A DNA stretch of 64,000 nucleotides, taken from NCBI GenBank assembly GCA_965220955.1, contig CBDCRK010000039.1:4694-68693 (forward strand), read 5' to 3'. This document shows positions 40,107 through 50,481 of this stretch, in pieces. Position 1 is the first letter of the stretch; each line of letters starts with the position of its first letter. The notes beneath the pieces are model-generated. The model was not told the origin of the DNA, ran no database searches, and saw only the letters and a program-made list of their open reading frames with translations. The DNA is from an uncultured Candidatus Binatia bacterium. Its GTDB lineage: Bacteria; Desulfobacterota; Binatia; Bin18; CBDCRK01. Made by a program: the position numbers and the translations under genes.

Positions 40107-41393
40107 ATGCCAAGCCCCGCCCCGGTCGCGCCCTCCGAACGCATCGAAGCCATCGACACCATCCGGGGTTTCGCGGTACTTGGCATTCTGCTCATGAACA
40201 TTCTGGCCTTCGGGCTACCGTCCCGGGCCTATTTCGACCCATCCGTGGACGGCGCGGTCAGCGGCGTCGATTTCGGCGTCTTCTTCGTTGTGGACTTCTT
40301 GATCGAGGGCGCCATGCGGGCGTTGTTCTCGATGCTGTTCGGGGCGGGGGTCGCAATCCTGACAGTCAGTCGGGAAACTCGCCTCAAGGGAGCGGGAATC
40401 TACTACCGCCGCCAGTGCTTGCTGCTCGGCATCGGCCTTGTCGATGCCTTCGTCCTACTGTGGACGGGTGACATCCTGGTCCACTATGCGCTGGCTGGCA
40501 TGGTCCTGTATCTCTGCCGCAACTGGCGGCCGAAGAGCCTCGGCATCGCCGCGAGCTGCATCTTCGCCTACTTGGCCATCTCCTACGCTGCGATCTTCCT
40601 TGTGCTCTCTTGGGGGCCAGTGCAAGCCAAAGCGGTGCAGACGCGCCTCGAGGCCGGCCAAGCCGTCTCCGCCGAGGATCGGGCCATGCTCGATGCCTGG
40701 GTCGACTTGGAAGCCATGATCCATCCCCCAGAGAGCATCCGGGCCCGGGAGGCGTTGAAATTCGAAGGGTCTTACCGCCAGGCCTTCGCCGCCAACGCCG
40801 AGGAGGTCGGCGAGGTGTACGCCTTCGTCCTGCCGATGTTCTCCATCTGGGACGCCGCCGCGTGCATGCTGCTCGGCATGGCGCTCTACAAGACCGGCTT
40901 CTTCCAGGGACGGCGCAGCGTGCGTTTCTACACGCTGGTGGCGGTCTTCGGTTTCGCCTTCGGTCTATCGGTTAACGGATTCGAACTGGCGATGAAAATC
41001 AGTAGCGGCTACGCGCCCCAATGGGTGTCGGGCGCGTCGATGTTCACCAATGACCTCGGGCGCGTGTCGATGGCGTTGGGATTCGTCTCTCTAGCAATGA
41101 TCGCCTGGCTGCGCGACTGGTTCGCAAGACTGCGGCAAGGCCTCGCGGCCGTCGGACGCATGGCGCTCACGAACTACATCCTGCAAAGCGTCTTCGGCCT
41201 TGTGATCTTTCACGATTTCGGGCTTGGGCTCTGGAACGAACTAGCGCGCCATCAGCTTTACTACATTGTGCTGGCAGAGTGGATCGTCATGATCTGGTTC
41301 AGCATCTGGTGGCTTGGCCGCTACCGGTTCGGCCCGCTGGAGTGGCTGTGGCGGTCGCTGACCTATGGGCGCGTCCAGCCCATGGCCGCGTGA
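40107..41393 (+). CDS. DUF418 (YeiB-like) membrane protein
   Basis: RIEAIDTIRGFAVLGIL, FSMLFG, GDIL, GRMALTNY, GPLEWLWR. Confidence 0.92.
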   Translation: MPSPAPVAPSERIEAIDTIRGFAVLGILLMNILAFGLPSRAYFDPSVDGAVSGVDFGVFFVVDFLIEGAMRALFSMLFGAGVAILTVSRETRLKGAGIYYRRQCLLLGIGLVDAFVLLWTGDILVHYALAGMVLYLCRNWRPKSLGIAASCIFAYLAISYAAIFLVLSWGPVQAKAVQTRLEAGQAVSAEDRAMLDAWVDLEAMIHPPESIRAREALKFEGSYRQAFAANAEEVGEVYAFVLPMFSIWDAAACMLLGMALYKTGFFQGRRSVRFYTLVAVFGFAFGLSVNGFELAMKISSGYAPQWVSGASMFTNDLGRVSMALGFVSLAMIAWLRDWFARLRQGLAAVGRMALTNYILQSVFGLVIFHDFGLGLWNELARHQLYYIVLAEWIVMIWFSIWWLGRYRFGPLEWLWRSLTYGRVQPMAA

Positions 41394-41616
41394 TGACGGT
41401 CAACGGGCGCTGGCGAAAGCGATTGTCTAGTGGCAGATCTTGATCGCACCATGACCGTGGGAAAAGCCATCGTCGCCGACTGGACGAGAGTTCCCGGCTG
41501 GCAGACCGACGAAGAGATTCGCGATTTCGCTCAGACGCTCAGCCGGCATCGATCGAGGTTTGCCTTTCCCAACGAGTTTATTGACGCAGCCCGAGCCGGG
41601 GAGTTCACTACGATCG

Positions 41617-42804
41617 CTAATTCCGGAATAGGGCCTTGAGGCGCTCGGTCCAGCTTGGGTCCGGGTCGGGCACCTGGAGCGCCATGCGACTGTGGATTTC
41701 ACTCAGGTCCCAGCCGGTGAGCGAGGCCAAGGTCAGCGCTGCGGTCTGTTGTCACTTGGCGAGCTGCCTGCGGTACTCCTCACCGGCCGGACACGCTACG
41801 TCTCCTTTCCAGGGGTAGCGCAGGACGTAGCGTCCCTGAAAATTGCTGCTGTCACTGGTCAGCTTGAATCTGAGGTCCTCGGGGAAATGCTGAGCATTGT
41901 ACCGCGCGTGCAAACGGGTCACAAAGACCGGCAGGCCTACTATGCGGGGCGCAAAATCTGGAGCGGAAGGGTTTTGTGGCAGCCACCAGACCCCCAGCGA
42001 TTCGAGCTCCTCGACGGATAGCGGATCGGCCGCGCAGGGGTCGCACCAGCCCATGTTCCAGGCATACTCGGTGAATACGGCGCGCTGGTTTTCCTTGTCG
42101 GTCGCGGTTAAGAATAAGTCGGTATAAAACTGCTTGAACTCCTCTTTTACATACACCGGAATCTCTTTGTCACTGGGAATCTTGGGGTTGCGGTAGTTGG
42201 TGACTTCGACCCGGTATTGCTTAGTGAGAAAATAGATCAGCAGATCCTGGGGACCCTCGGCATTCAGCATGCCCAGGCGGATGGGCAGCATGAACCGCGG
42301 CGATTCAAAGGCGAACTGGAGAGGGCGCAGCGAGGTGAAGCCTGATTGGGCCTGCTCTTTCAGGTTCACCTTGGCCACAAAGAACTTTATCTCGCTGCGG
42401 ATGTAGGGTGCCAAGGCTGCGGCCGCGCCGGCCGGAATATTATAGTCGTTCTGCCGCAGCCAGGTTTCGAGACCATCGGACTGTTCGGCGGACAGGATGA
42501 CAATGTCGTATTCGGCGACAGAGTACTCGGCTTCGACCTTCACCCCGAGATCTGCGGCGCTTTTTTCCCGTGTACCTGCGGCTGCACCCGCGATAATAGC
42601 GCCCGTCGACGCCCCCAAAAGGACATTCTCTGGCGGGCGACACGGATCCGGATCATAATACTCAACCAAACGCGGGGCCGAGTAGGCGTCCAGGTGTTTC
42701 ACAACCTTGGGCTCGATGACGCGCACCATCTCACGCTGCAGAATGACGGGCACCGGGACCACCAGGGCGAACTCTTTGGGGTTACCCTGATAGTTGTTCA
42801 CCAT
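41617..42804 (-). pseudogene. DUF2330 domain protein, 5'-truncated with internal stop at 41752-41754
   Basis: FALVVPVP, SAPRLVEY, FFVAKV, MLPIRLG, CDPC, FQGRY; frame continues after TGA as QQTAALTLASLTGWD...LFRN*. Confidence 0.8.
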
Positions 42805-42935
42805 AGCGTGCTCAGGATACGCGGATAGCCGATGTAGGGCAGCAGGTTTAAGACGGTTTCATACATCTGTAGCTCGCTGAGTCCGGCGTCTTTGCCCTCG
42901 CTGAAGAGCTGCTCGGCGCTGATTCGGACCTGCAC
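42805..42935 (-). pseudogene. Carboxymuconolactone decarboxylase-like fragment
   Basis: [23 protein letters not shown]. Confidence 0.5.
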
Positions 42936-42963
42936 CCTAGCGATCACACGAGAGGCTGTTGCT

Positions 42964-44651
42964 ATGAGCGCGAATAATACTCCTGCTGACTTTATCCGCG
43001 AGATTATCGCCACCGACCTCAGGGCCAACAAAACCGGCGGCCGGGTGGTGACCCGCTTTCCGCCCGAACCGAACGGCTATCTGCACATCGGCCACGCCAA
43101 ATCCATCTGTCTCAACTTTGGTATTGCGGCCGAACACAGGGGGGTGTGCCACCTGCGGTTTGACGATACCAATCCGACCAAAGAAGACCTCGAATACGTG
43201 AGGTCTATTCAAGAGGACGTCCGCTGGCTGGGATTCGACTGGCAGGCAAACTGTTCTACGCCTCGGACTACTACGAGCAGCTGTACCAGTACGCCGTGCA
43301 CCTGATCACAAACGGCAAGGCGTATGTGGACAGCCTGAGCGCCGACGAGATACGCGAGTATCGCTGGACCCTGACCCAGCCGGGCAAAAACAGTCCGTAT
43401 CGAGACCGGTCTGTCGCGGACAACCTCGACCTGTTTGCCCGCATGCGCGCCGGTGAGTTTGAGGACGGCAGCCAGGTCTTGCGGGCCAAAATCGACATGG
43501 CCTCGCCCAATCTCAATATGCGCGACCCGGTGATTTACCGTATCCGTCGGGCCACCCACCATCGGACCGGGGACATGTGGTGCATTTACCCTATGTACGA
43601 CTTTACCCACGGTCAGTCTGACGCCATTGAGGGCATTACCCATTCGATTTGTACGCTCGAGTTTGAAGACCACCGGCCCCTGTACGACTGGTTCCTCAAG
43701 GAGTTGCCGGTGCCGTGTTACCCGCAACAGATCGAGTTTGCCCGACTCAACCTGACCTACACCGTGATGAGCAAACGCAAGCTGTTAGAACTTGTCACCA
43801 ACCGGCACGTCACGGGCTGGGACGACCCGCGTATGCCGACCCTCAAGGGCTTGCGCCGCCGCGGCTACACGCCGGAATCGATCCGCAATTTTTGTGAGAA
43901 CATCGGTGTCGCCAAGCGCAACAGCGTGGTCGATATGGCCATGCTTGAGCACTACGTGCGGGACGATCTCAACAGACGCGCCCCCCGGGTCATGGCCGTG
44001 CTGCGTCCGCTGAGGGTCGTGATTGACAATTATCCGCCCGACCGTGTCGAACAGCTCGACGCCGTCAACAACCCCGAGGACCCCAGCGCCGGTACCCGTC
44101 AGATGCCGTTTTCGCGGGTGGTGTACATTGAGCAGGACGATTTTCGGGAAGCCCCGCCCCGAAAGTTTTTCCGTCTTGCGCCGGGTCGTGAGGTCCGGCT
44201 GCGCTATGCGTATATCATCAAGTGTGTTGAGGTGGTCAAAGACGACAGCGGCAACACTGTTGAGCTGCACTGTACCTATGACCCGGAAACCCGCAGCGGT
44301 GGGTTGGCCGCGGCCCGCAAAGTCAAAGCAACCCTGCACTGGGTATCGGCCACCCACGCCATCCCGGCCGAAGTGCGGCTGTACGACAGTCTGTTCACCA
44401 AACCCGACCCGGACAATGTCGAAGCCGGACACAGCTATACCGATTTTCTGAATCCCAACTCCCTGGAGGTGCTGCCGGCGTGTCAGCTCGAGCCCGGCCT
44501 AGCCGTAGCGGAGGTCGGCAGTCGGTATCAGTTCGAGCGCCTAGGCTATTTCTGTGTTGATCCGGATTCGGTTGAGGGCCAGCCGGTCTTTAGTCGAACG
44601 GTGACCCTGCGGGATACGTGGGCAAATATCCAAAAGGCGGGCAAGGGTTAA
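42964..44651 (+). pseudogene. glnS: Glutamine--tRNA ligase with a single frameshift near 43245 (or a sequencing error)
   Basis: [18 protein letters not shown] and RFDDTNP in the first frame; [37 protein letters not shown] in the second. Confidence 0.9.
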
Positions 44652-44724
44652 GAGATCAGAATTGATTACTCTATTAAGTATTTTTACTCAGTAGAGCAAA
44701 TTCCTCTGGATACCTATCCAGTTG

Positions 44725-45129
44725 TCAGCGTTTGAACGGATCCAGTACGTCCACACCGAATTGGCGAAAGTCACGCACATTTCGGGTCACAACGGTCAGC
44801 CTGTGCACCAGGGCTGTCGCCGCGATCATGGCGTCTTCGATCAGTGTGTCCGACTTTCGATGCTTGAGCCGCGCCCATTCCCTGAAAGCGGCCGCATCCA
44901 TGGGCAATACGCCGTAGGAGCCAAGGACTTTGTTGAGCCAGGTTTCCAACTCCTCCGCCTTTGCGTCGTCCTGCTCGCGTGTCATCTCGATACCGGCCTG
45001 AATCTCTCCGACCGTCACCGCCGATAGAAAAAGCTGATCGGCAGGGATATTCGCAATCCAACTCAGGACCGCCTTGTGCGGGTTGGGGCGCCGCAGTTCG
45101 GAAACGACGTTGGTATCAAGAAGATACAT
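44725..45129 (-). CDS. vapC: VapC family PIN-domain toxin
   Basis: YLLDTNVVSE, EIQAG, DAMIAATA, VTRNVRDF. Confidence 0.93.
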   Translation of the reverse strand: MYLLDTNVVSELRRPNPHKAVLSWIANIPADQLFLSAVTVGEIQAGIEMTREQDDAKAEELETWLNKVLGSYGVLPMDAAAFREWARLKHRKSDTLIEDAMIAATALVHRLTVVTRNVRDFRQFGVDVLDPFKR

Positions 45130-45133
45130 CGGC

Positions 45134-45394
45134 CTACTCGAAGGCCGGGGACGCCCGATGACGATGCTTCGGACGCGGTGGCGTCAGCGCATCCGTTCGC
45201 GCTTCCGGCGCGAGGAGGAGTTCCTTCAAGTCAGGTCTCGTCATCTGTTGTAATCTCCGCCACTGCTCAATTGGCACGAGCACCGCCGCTTCCACACCTC
45301 GCTTGGTCACGATCTGGGGTCCCTCGGCGAGGCTCGTTTCGAGCAACTCGCTGAACCGCGCCTTCGCGTCTTGAACCTGCCATGTTCTGCTCAT
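45134..45394 (-). CDS. Phd/YefM family antitoxin
   Basis: WQVQDAKARFSELL, GPQIVTKRG. Confidence 0.92.
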   Translation of the reverse strand: MSRTWQVQDAKARFSELLETSLAEGPQIVTKRGVEAAVLVPIEQWRRLQQMTRPDLKELLLAPEARTDALTPPRPKHRHRASPAFE

Positions 45395-45423
45395 GGATTC
45401 TCCCGGAAACTGGATTGCCTTAT

Positions 45424-45463
45424 GACTAGACGTAAAACTAGTCCGGTCTCCGCTCAATGTCAA
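45424..45463 (-). promoter_or_regulatory. Sigma70-type promoter with overlapping operator for phd-vapC
   Basis: Minus strand TTGACA-17 bp-TAGTTT; GACTAG-N8-CTAGTC palindrome over the -10. Confidence 0.6.
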
Positions 45464-45699
45464 TGCGATTCAAGATCGTCATCCACCAGTTCACCCCCAC
45501 TTGCTTGGGGACGATGCCTACACGCGTTCTGCCCACCCGCGCCCGTTTAACGCCCGTTACTGGCAAAGCGCCTCAAGTAGCGCGGTCCTGATCAGGCAAG
45601 ACGCGCTGATACACGAGCTCGCAGCGTTTGTTCGTCCTGTCTACCAGGCGCTGGCCCTCGGCTTTGTCAGCTTTGATATTGTGCGCTCTTTTGACAACC

Positions 45700-46046
45700 C
45701 TACAGCCGCTGCACATCGGGCAGGGCGGCCAGCTGTCTGTCGAGCGTCAGAACTTGCAGGCTAGCGCGAGCGTACTCGTCGGCAATGAGGCGGTCAAACA
45801 GGCCGACGCCCCCGGAAGCCTCAATGGCAGCAAAAACCGAACCCCCGTTCAACGGCGCAACCAGCCCGCTGTGCAGCACGTCGAGCAAGCCGGCACGGGC
45901 CTCTGCCTTGGATACCTCATAGTGATGCTGAACGGCGACATAGGCCTCGCCGATGACTTGGCAACGCAATACGCGAAGTCCGCCTCGGGTTCACCAGTCA
46001 GCAACCGTACAAGCACGGACGTATCAATCCCGAAGCGTCGGGTCAT
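45700..46046 (-). pseudogene. PIN-domain toxin with internal deletion/frameshift
   Basis: MTRRFGIDTSVLVRLL in one frame; QVIGEAY...LFDRLI...TLD in another. Confidence 0.75.
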
Positions 46047-46266
46047 AGGGTTGCTCGCGGAACGATTCGAGATCGAACGGGCTACGTCCACGTTTAAGCT
46101 TGGTACGCAACGGCGCAAGGCGGGTAGGGTCGATTCGCCGGGGCCGCAGAACGAAGCCGTTGGGACCTTCTTCCAGCTCAAGCTGGTCGCCAGGCCCTAC
46201 CCCTAGCGCGTCCAGCACCCGCGCGGGGAAGGTGACTTGGCGCTTTGACGTAATCTTGACGATCAT
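46024..46266 (-). CDS. AbrB/MazE/SpoVT family antitoxin
   Basis: VKITSKRQVTFP...LGVGPGD; upstream CCTTAC...GTAAGG inverted repeat at 46275-46301. Confidence 0.88.
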   Translation of the reverse strand: MIVKITSKRQVTFPARVLDALGVGPGDQLELEEGPNGFVLRPRRIDPTRLAPLRTKLKRGRSPFDLESFREQPYDPTLRD

Positions 46267-46359
46267 GCGTTTCTCCTTACAAAAGACTTAGCTAAGTAAG
46301 GCAGAAGAATCAAGCATGAGGAGATGAATGAATGCCGCCCCGCCCGACCGCCGGTTGCC

Positions 46360-48189
46360 CTAGCGGCCGATATAATCCTCAAGCTTGGGCGTTTTGCTCT
46401 CCTGCCACAGGTCAACCAGCCGCTTGGGGATGAGCGTTGTCACCCGGTCGCGCGAGCCCCGAAACCAGTTGCTGATTCCCGGTAAGCTCCACACGTAGTG
46501 CTCAAGTTCGGCCTTGACCTCGTCAACAAACTGCTGGACCGCCCCGCTGCGAACCTCCAGACGTGACCACTTGTTCTCGAACATGGCCCGCAGGCACTCG
46601 ATAATATAGCCAATCTGACACTCGGCAAAGAAGATACCGCTGCCCCCATGGCCGGGCGTGCCGTTCGGACCCGGCGTGATAAACAGGTTGGGGCAGTGTT
46701 CGAGCGCCATGCCCTGATATGTTTCGAGATTTTCGTCCAGCAGGGTGCGCACATCAACCCCGTTGCGACCGTTGACCCGAATCGGCCACAACACCTTGCC
46801 GGTGTCAAAGCCGGTGGCGAAGACAATGATATCGACCGGCTCATGGCCGTCAGCGGTGGTGATCCCGTCGGCGGTAATGCGCTCAATCGGTGTATCAATC
46901 AGCCGCACATCATCCCGCCGCAGCGCCTGATACCAGCCGTTGTCGAGCAACAGCCGCTTGCCGTACGGCGGATATTGGGGCAGCACCTTTTCGACCAGGG
47001 CCGGCATATCCCCGATCTGAGCCTTGATGTACTCGGTCATCTGACCGCGGAGTTTGTCGTTGGCCTCATTCACCGAACGTTCCGGATAGGGCCAGTTGGG
47101 ATCGATCCGCAAGGTCGGCAGGATGGAATCGCCGATCTGCCAAAACTGGCGGAAGCGGAACCACGACAGATAGGTCGGGATCTTGTCGATCAGCATCCGC
47201 TCGGTACCCGACAGGGCTTTGCCGTACTGGGGGTGCGACAGCATCCAGTGCGGGGTGCGTTGATAGATCAGCACCTCGCGGGTCTGGGGCGCAATGGCCG
47301 GCACGATCTGGTTGGCGCTGGCCCCGGTGCCGATTACCGCCACCCGTTTGTTGCTCAGATCGACCTCGTGGTCCCAGTATGTGGAGTGGAACGACGGGCC
47401 TTGGAAGGCGTCCACGCCCTCAATGTTGGGCCACTTGGGAATCCGCAGCAGGCCGGTCGCTCCGATCAAAAAATTGGCGCTGATGCGCTCGGTCGAGCCG
47501 TCGCCACGGCGCAGGTCAATATCCCACACCGCCTTCTCGTCGTTCCAGCTCATGGTCTCAACCGCGGTGTTGCACTGCAGCCGATCGCCAAAGTTGCGGC
47601 TGGCAACGATTTCTTTGACATATTTCAGCAGCTCGGGCTGGTGACTGAAGTGCTCCGGCCAGCCCATATCGGGCGCAAAGGAGTACGAGTACAGCAGGCT
47701 GGGCGTATCCACCCGACAGCCTGGATAGCTGTTCTGCCACCAAGTGCCGCCCGGCTCGGGATTCTTTTCGAGAATCGTGAACGACGACAGGCCGAGTTCT
47801 TCGAGTCTGAGACCGGCCAGGACGCCGGTCACCCCGGCGCCGATAATCACAACTCTAAAGTCGGCCGGTGGGCTGAGCGGCGGGGTTTTCCCCCGCGGGC
47901 CGAGCCCCATCTGTTCACGCGCCATGGGGCCGTACTCGGGGGCGACCGGCATGCCGGCGGCCAGGTTCATCGCCGCCTGTAGGACCTCGTTGCTCGGCGG
48001 TCCGGCCGTTTTCTGGCCCGATAGATAGGCCGGCAGCACCTCGGCCGCTTTTTGCTCAATCTGGGCTCGGTCGCGCAGATCCGGAACGGCGTGCGGATCT
48101 GCGGCCAGGTGGGTCACAACTGCCGCCAGGGTTCGCCTGTCGGCCTGCTCAAGCAGGGACGGAATATCAATATCAATGGTGTTTGTCAT
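46360..48189 (-). CDS. Baeyer-Villiger monooxygenase (4-hydroxyacetophenone monooxygenase-like)
   Basis: GAGVTG, GGTWWQNSYPGCRVD, FQGPSFHSTYWD, GTGASA, ATGF; N-terminal extension. Confidence 0.9.
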   Translation of the reverse strand: MTNTIDIDIPSLLEQADRRTLAAVVTHLAADPHAVPDLRDRAQIEQKAAEVLPAYLSGQKTAGPPSNEVLQAAMNLAAGMPVAPEYGPMAREQMGLGPRGKTPPLSPPADFRVVIIGAGVTGVLAGLRLEELGLSSFTILEKNPEPGGTWWQNSYPGCRVDTPSLLYSYSFAPDMGWPEHFSHQPELLKYVKEIVASRNFGDRLQCNTAVETMSWNDEKAVWDIDLRRGDGSTERISANFLIGATGLLRIPKWPNIEGVDAFQGPSFHSTYWDHEVDLSNKRVAVIGTGASANQIVPAIAPQTREVLIYQRTPHWMLSHPQYGKALSGTERMLIDKIPTYLSWFRFRQFWQIGDSILPTLRIDPNWPYPERSVNEANDKLRGQMTEYIKAQIGDMPALVEKVLPQYPPYGKRLLLDNGWYQALRRDDVRLIDTPIERITADGITTADGHEPVDIIVFATGFDTGKVLWPIRVNGRNGVDVRTLLDENLETYQGMALEHCPNLFITPGPNGTPGHGGSGIFFAECQIGYIIECLRAMFENKWSRLEVRSGAVQQFVDEVKAELEHYVWSLPGISNWFRGSRDRVTTLIPKRLVDLWQESKTPKLEDYIGR

Positions 48190-48317
48190 AGCGGCAAACT
48201 ACAAGAACCGGGCCGACTTGTCTAGAAAGCCAACAAGAAGACCGCCGAGGGCTTACCAGGCGGGCTGGGCGGGGCCAGGCTCCACACAGCGCCGAGGGGA
48301 GCAGGGGCTGAGATGGA

Positions 48318-48346
48318 TTGACAATTTTTCTTTCGAGCGTCATGCT
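48318..48346 (+). promoter_or_regulatory. Sigma70-type promoter upstream of the TauD gene
   Basis: TTGACA-17 bp-CATGCT. Confidence 0.55.
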
Positions 48347-48444
48347 GAAGCAACCGAAGGAATCTTGACCCAGAACACGGGTGAGTACCGTTCCGCGGTT
48401 GCGTAGGTCCGGCTCACTCGGAGAACGTTTGAGGAAGAATACAG

Positions 48445-49302
48445 ATGACAGACTTCCATGTTGAGCCTCTCGATGCGAGCTTCGGGGCGATCGTGACCGG
48501 ACTAAAGCTCACCGAAATTGACAATACATCCTTCAGCCGGCTCTACGCCGCCTGGCTTGAGCACGCGCTGCTCATTTTCCCGGATCAGCATCTATCGAAT
48601 GAACAGCAAGTGAAATTTGCCACACGATTTGGTGATCTGGAGTTTGATCTTGTGGCGATTAGCAATGTGAAAAAAGATGGGAGCCTTCGAGTAGAAGATG
48701 ATTCAGACGGAATCATTCAAGGGCTCAAGGGGAACATGGGCTGGCATTGTGATAGCACCTATATGCCTGTTCAGGCAAAGGGCGCGGTGTTTACGGCGCA
48801 TGTTGTTCCGTTGTCTCGCGGGGAAACCGGCTGGGCTGATTTGCGTGCTGGATATGATGCCCTTGACAAAGCCACGAAAGAGAAAATTGCCTCTCTGTCG
48901 GCCTATCACTCACTCTATTATTCGCAGGAAAAGGCCGGCTTCACCCCCAAAGCGGGGAGCGACTATAGCGGCTATGGTTTTCATGGCCAGGACCCACCGC
49001 TAAGACCCCTTGTCAAAACGCATCCTGAGACCGGGCGGAAGTCCCTTCTGATTGGCCGCCATGCCTACGGCATTCCTGGACTGGACCCGGCTGAATCTGA
49101 AAAATTACTCCAGTCATTGGTGGACCATACCTGCCAGGCTCCACGCGTCTATCACCACAGTTGGACAGTAGGAGACGCGGTTCTGTGGGATAACCGTCGC
49201 CTGCTTCACCGGGCCTGCCCATGGGATATGACGGAAGTTCGGGTGATGTACCACGCGAGAATAGCCGGAGACTCGGTGTCTGAATTTGCCGGAACTAGCT
49301 AG
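48445..49302 (+). CDS. TauD/TfdA family Fe(II)/2-oxoglutarate dioxygenase
   Basis: WHCDSTY, HPETGR, WDNRRLLHRA. Confidence 0.92.
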   Translation: MTDFHVEPLDASFGAIVTGLKLTEIDNTSFSRLYAAWLEHALLIFPDQHLSNEQQVKFATRFGDLEFDLVAISNVKKDGSLRVEDDSDGIIQGLKGNMGWHCDSTYMPVQAKGAVFTAHVVPLSRGETGWADLRAGYDALDKATKEKIASLSAYHSLYYSQEKAGFTPKAGSDYSGYGFHGQDPPLRPLVKTHPETGRKSLLIGRHAYGIPGLDPAESEKLLQSLVDHTCQAPRVYHHSWTVGDAVLWDNRRLLHRACPWDMTEVRVMYHARIAGDSVSEFAGTS

Positions 49303-49334
49303 TTGCGACTTTTTGAAACCGAAACAGTAGTGAG

Positions 49335-49365
49335 CCCGGATTCCGTTCCCCTTCATCCGGGCTAC
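49335..49365 (-). repeat. GTAG-type REP, copy 2
   Basis: Minus strand GTAGCCCGGATGAAGGGGAACGGAATCCGGG. Confidence 0.7.
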
Positions 49366-49414
49366 ATTCACCAAGATTCCAAGGCCAGCGCTCGATTTGC
49401 GATAACGCCGCGAC

Positions 49415-50358
49415 CAGGGGCAAAGCCCCTGGAGCCCGAGACGGCGCTCCAGTTTGAGAAGGTGCTGGGCGTGGATGCCAGCATCTGGCTTGGCCTCGAG
49501 TCCTACTACCAGCTTCATCGGGCCCGAGAGGCCGAGGCTGCCAGTGCGACTGCATCAGCCGCATGGTTGAATGCCTTTCCAGTCGGTGAACTCGTGAAAC
49601 GTGGCTGCTTCGGTCGGCCGGAATCGGACGCAGACGCAGTCTCCAAGCTGCTTGCGTTCTTCGGAGTTGGGGCGATTGAAGCATGGACCATGAAGTATGG
49701 TCTAGCGAACGTTGCCTATCGGCATTCACCGAGCTTCAAGAGTAATGAGGCGGCCTTGGCGACCTGGTTACGACTTGGTGAGTTGGATGCAGAGAGCCAG
49801 GAGTGCGCTGACTATAACGAAAGCAGGTTTAGGCACATGGTTAGAGAGATTCGCGGTCTAACGCGTCTGCCCATTGACAAGGCGCTGGCGCACGCACAGC
49901 GGCTCTGTAATCAGTCGGGGGTCGCCCTGGCGCTGGTCAAGCCTCTGCCGCAGACGGCGCTCAGCGGAGCCGCTTGGCGGCTCTCTCCACGGAAAGCCGT
50001 CATCCAGCTGAGCGCGCGTCACAAGACGGATGACCATCTGTGGTTCAGTTTTCTTCATGAGGCTGCACACATTCTGCTTCACAGCAAGAAGGGCGTCTTC
50101 GTTGATGGCGTCAACGATGAGGCTGTTGATCTAGAAGCGGAGGCAAACGAATGGGCTTCGAACACGCTGGTGCCGCGGAGTTACTGGGAGAGGTTCGCTG
50201 CAACTTCGCCCCGGAGTGCGTTGGTTGTCCGTACATTCGCCGATGAGCAGGGAATTGCTCCCGGCATCGTTGTCGGCATGCTCCAGCATACTGGCTACCT
50301 GCCCTGGACGCATCTGAATGGGCTCAAGGTGAGGCTTAAATGGGAAAAGGCTGAGTAG
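49415..50358 (+). pseudogene. HigA-type antitoxin fused to ImmA/IrrE metallopeptidase, HTH start deleted
   Basis: PETALQFEKVLG..ASIWLGLE (end of the HigA HTH), WFSFLHEAAH, EAEANEWA; upstream codons run through a REP. Confidence 0.75.
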
Positions 50359-50481
50359 CATGGGCTATACGGACGCGGGGAAGGCATGATGGCCGAGTCG
50401 GCATACCATCCTCCACACAGCGAGGGACAACCCAGCTACTACTGCCAGGAACTCCTCCGCTTCCTCAAATACGTTCAGTTC

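Noticed and set aside
46648-47982. 444-aa plus-strand ORF
   Set aside because: Antisense shadow of the Baeyer-Villiger monooxygenase
49303-49414. N-terminal extension of the IrrE-like ORF as a new domain
   Set aside because: It is read-through of intergenic DNA containing a REP, from a TTG start with no RBS
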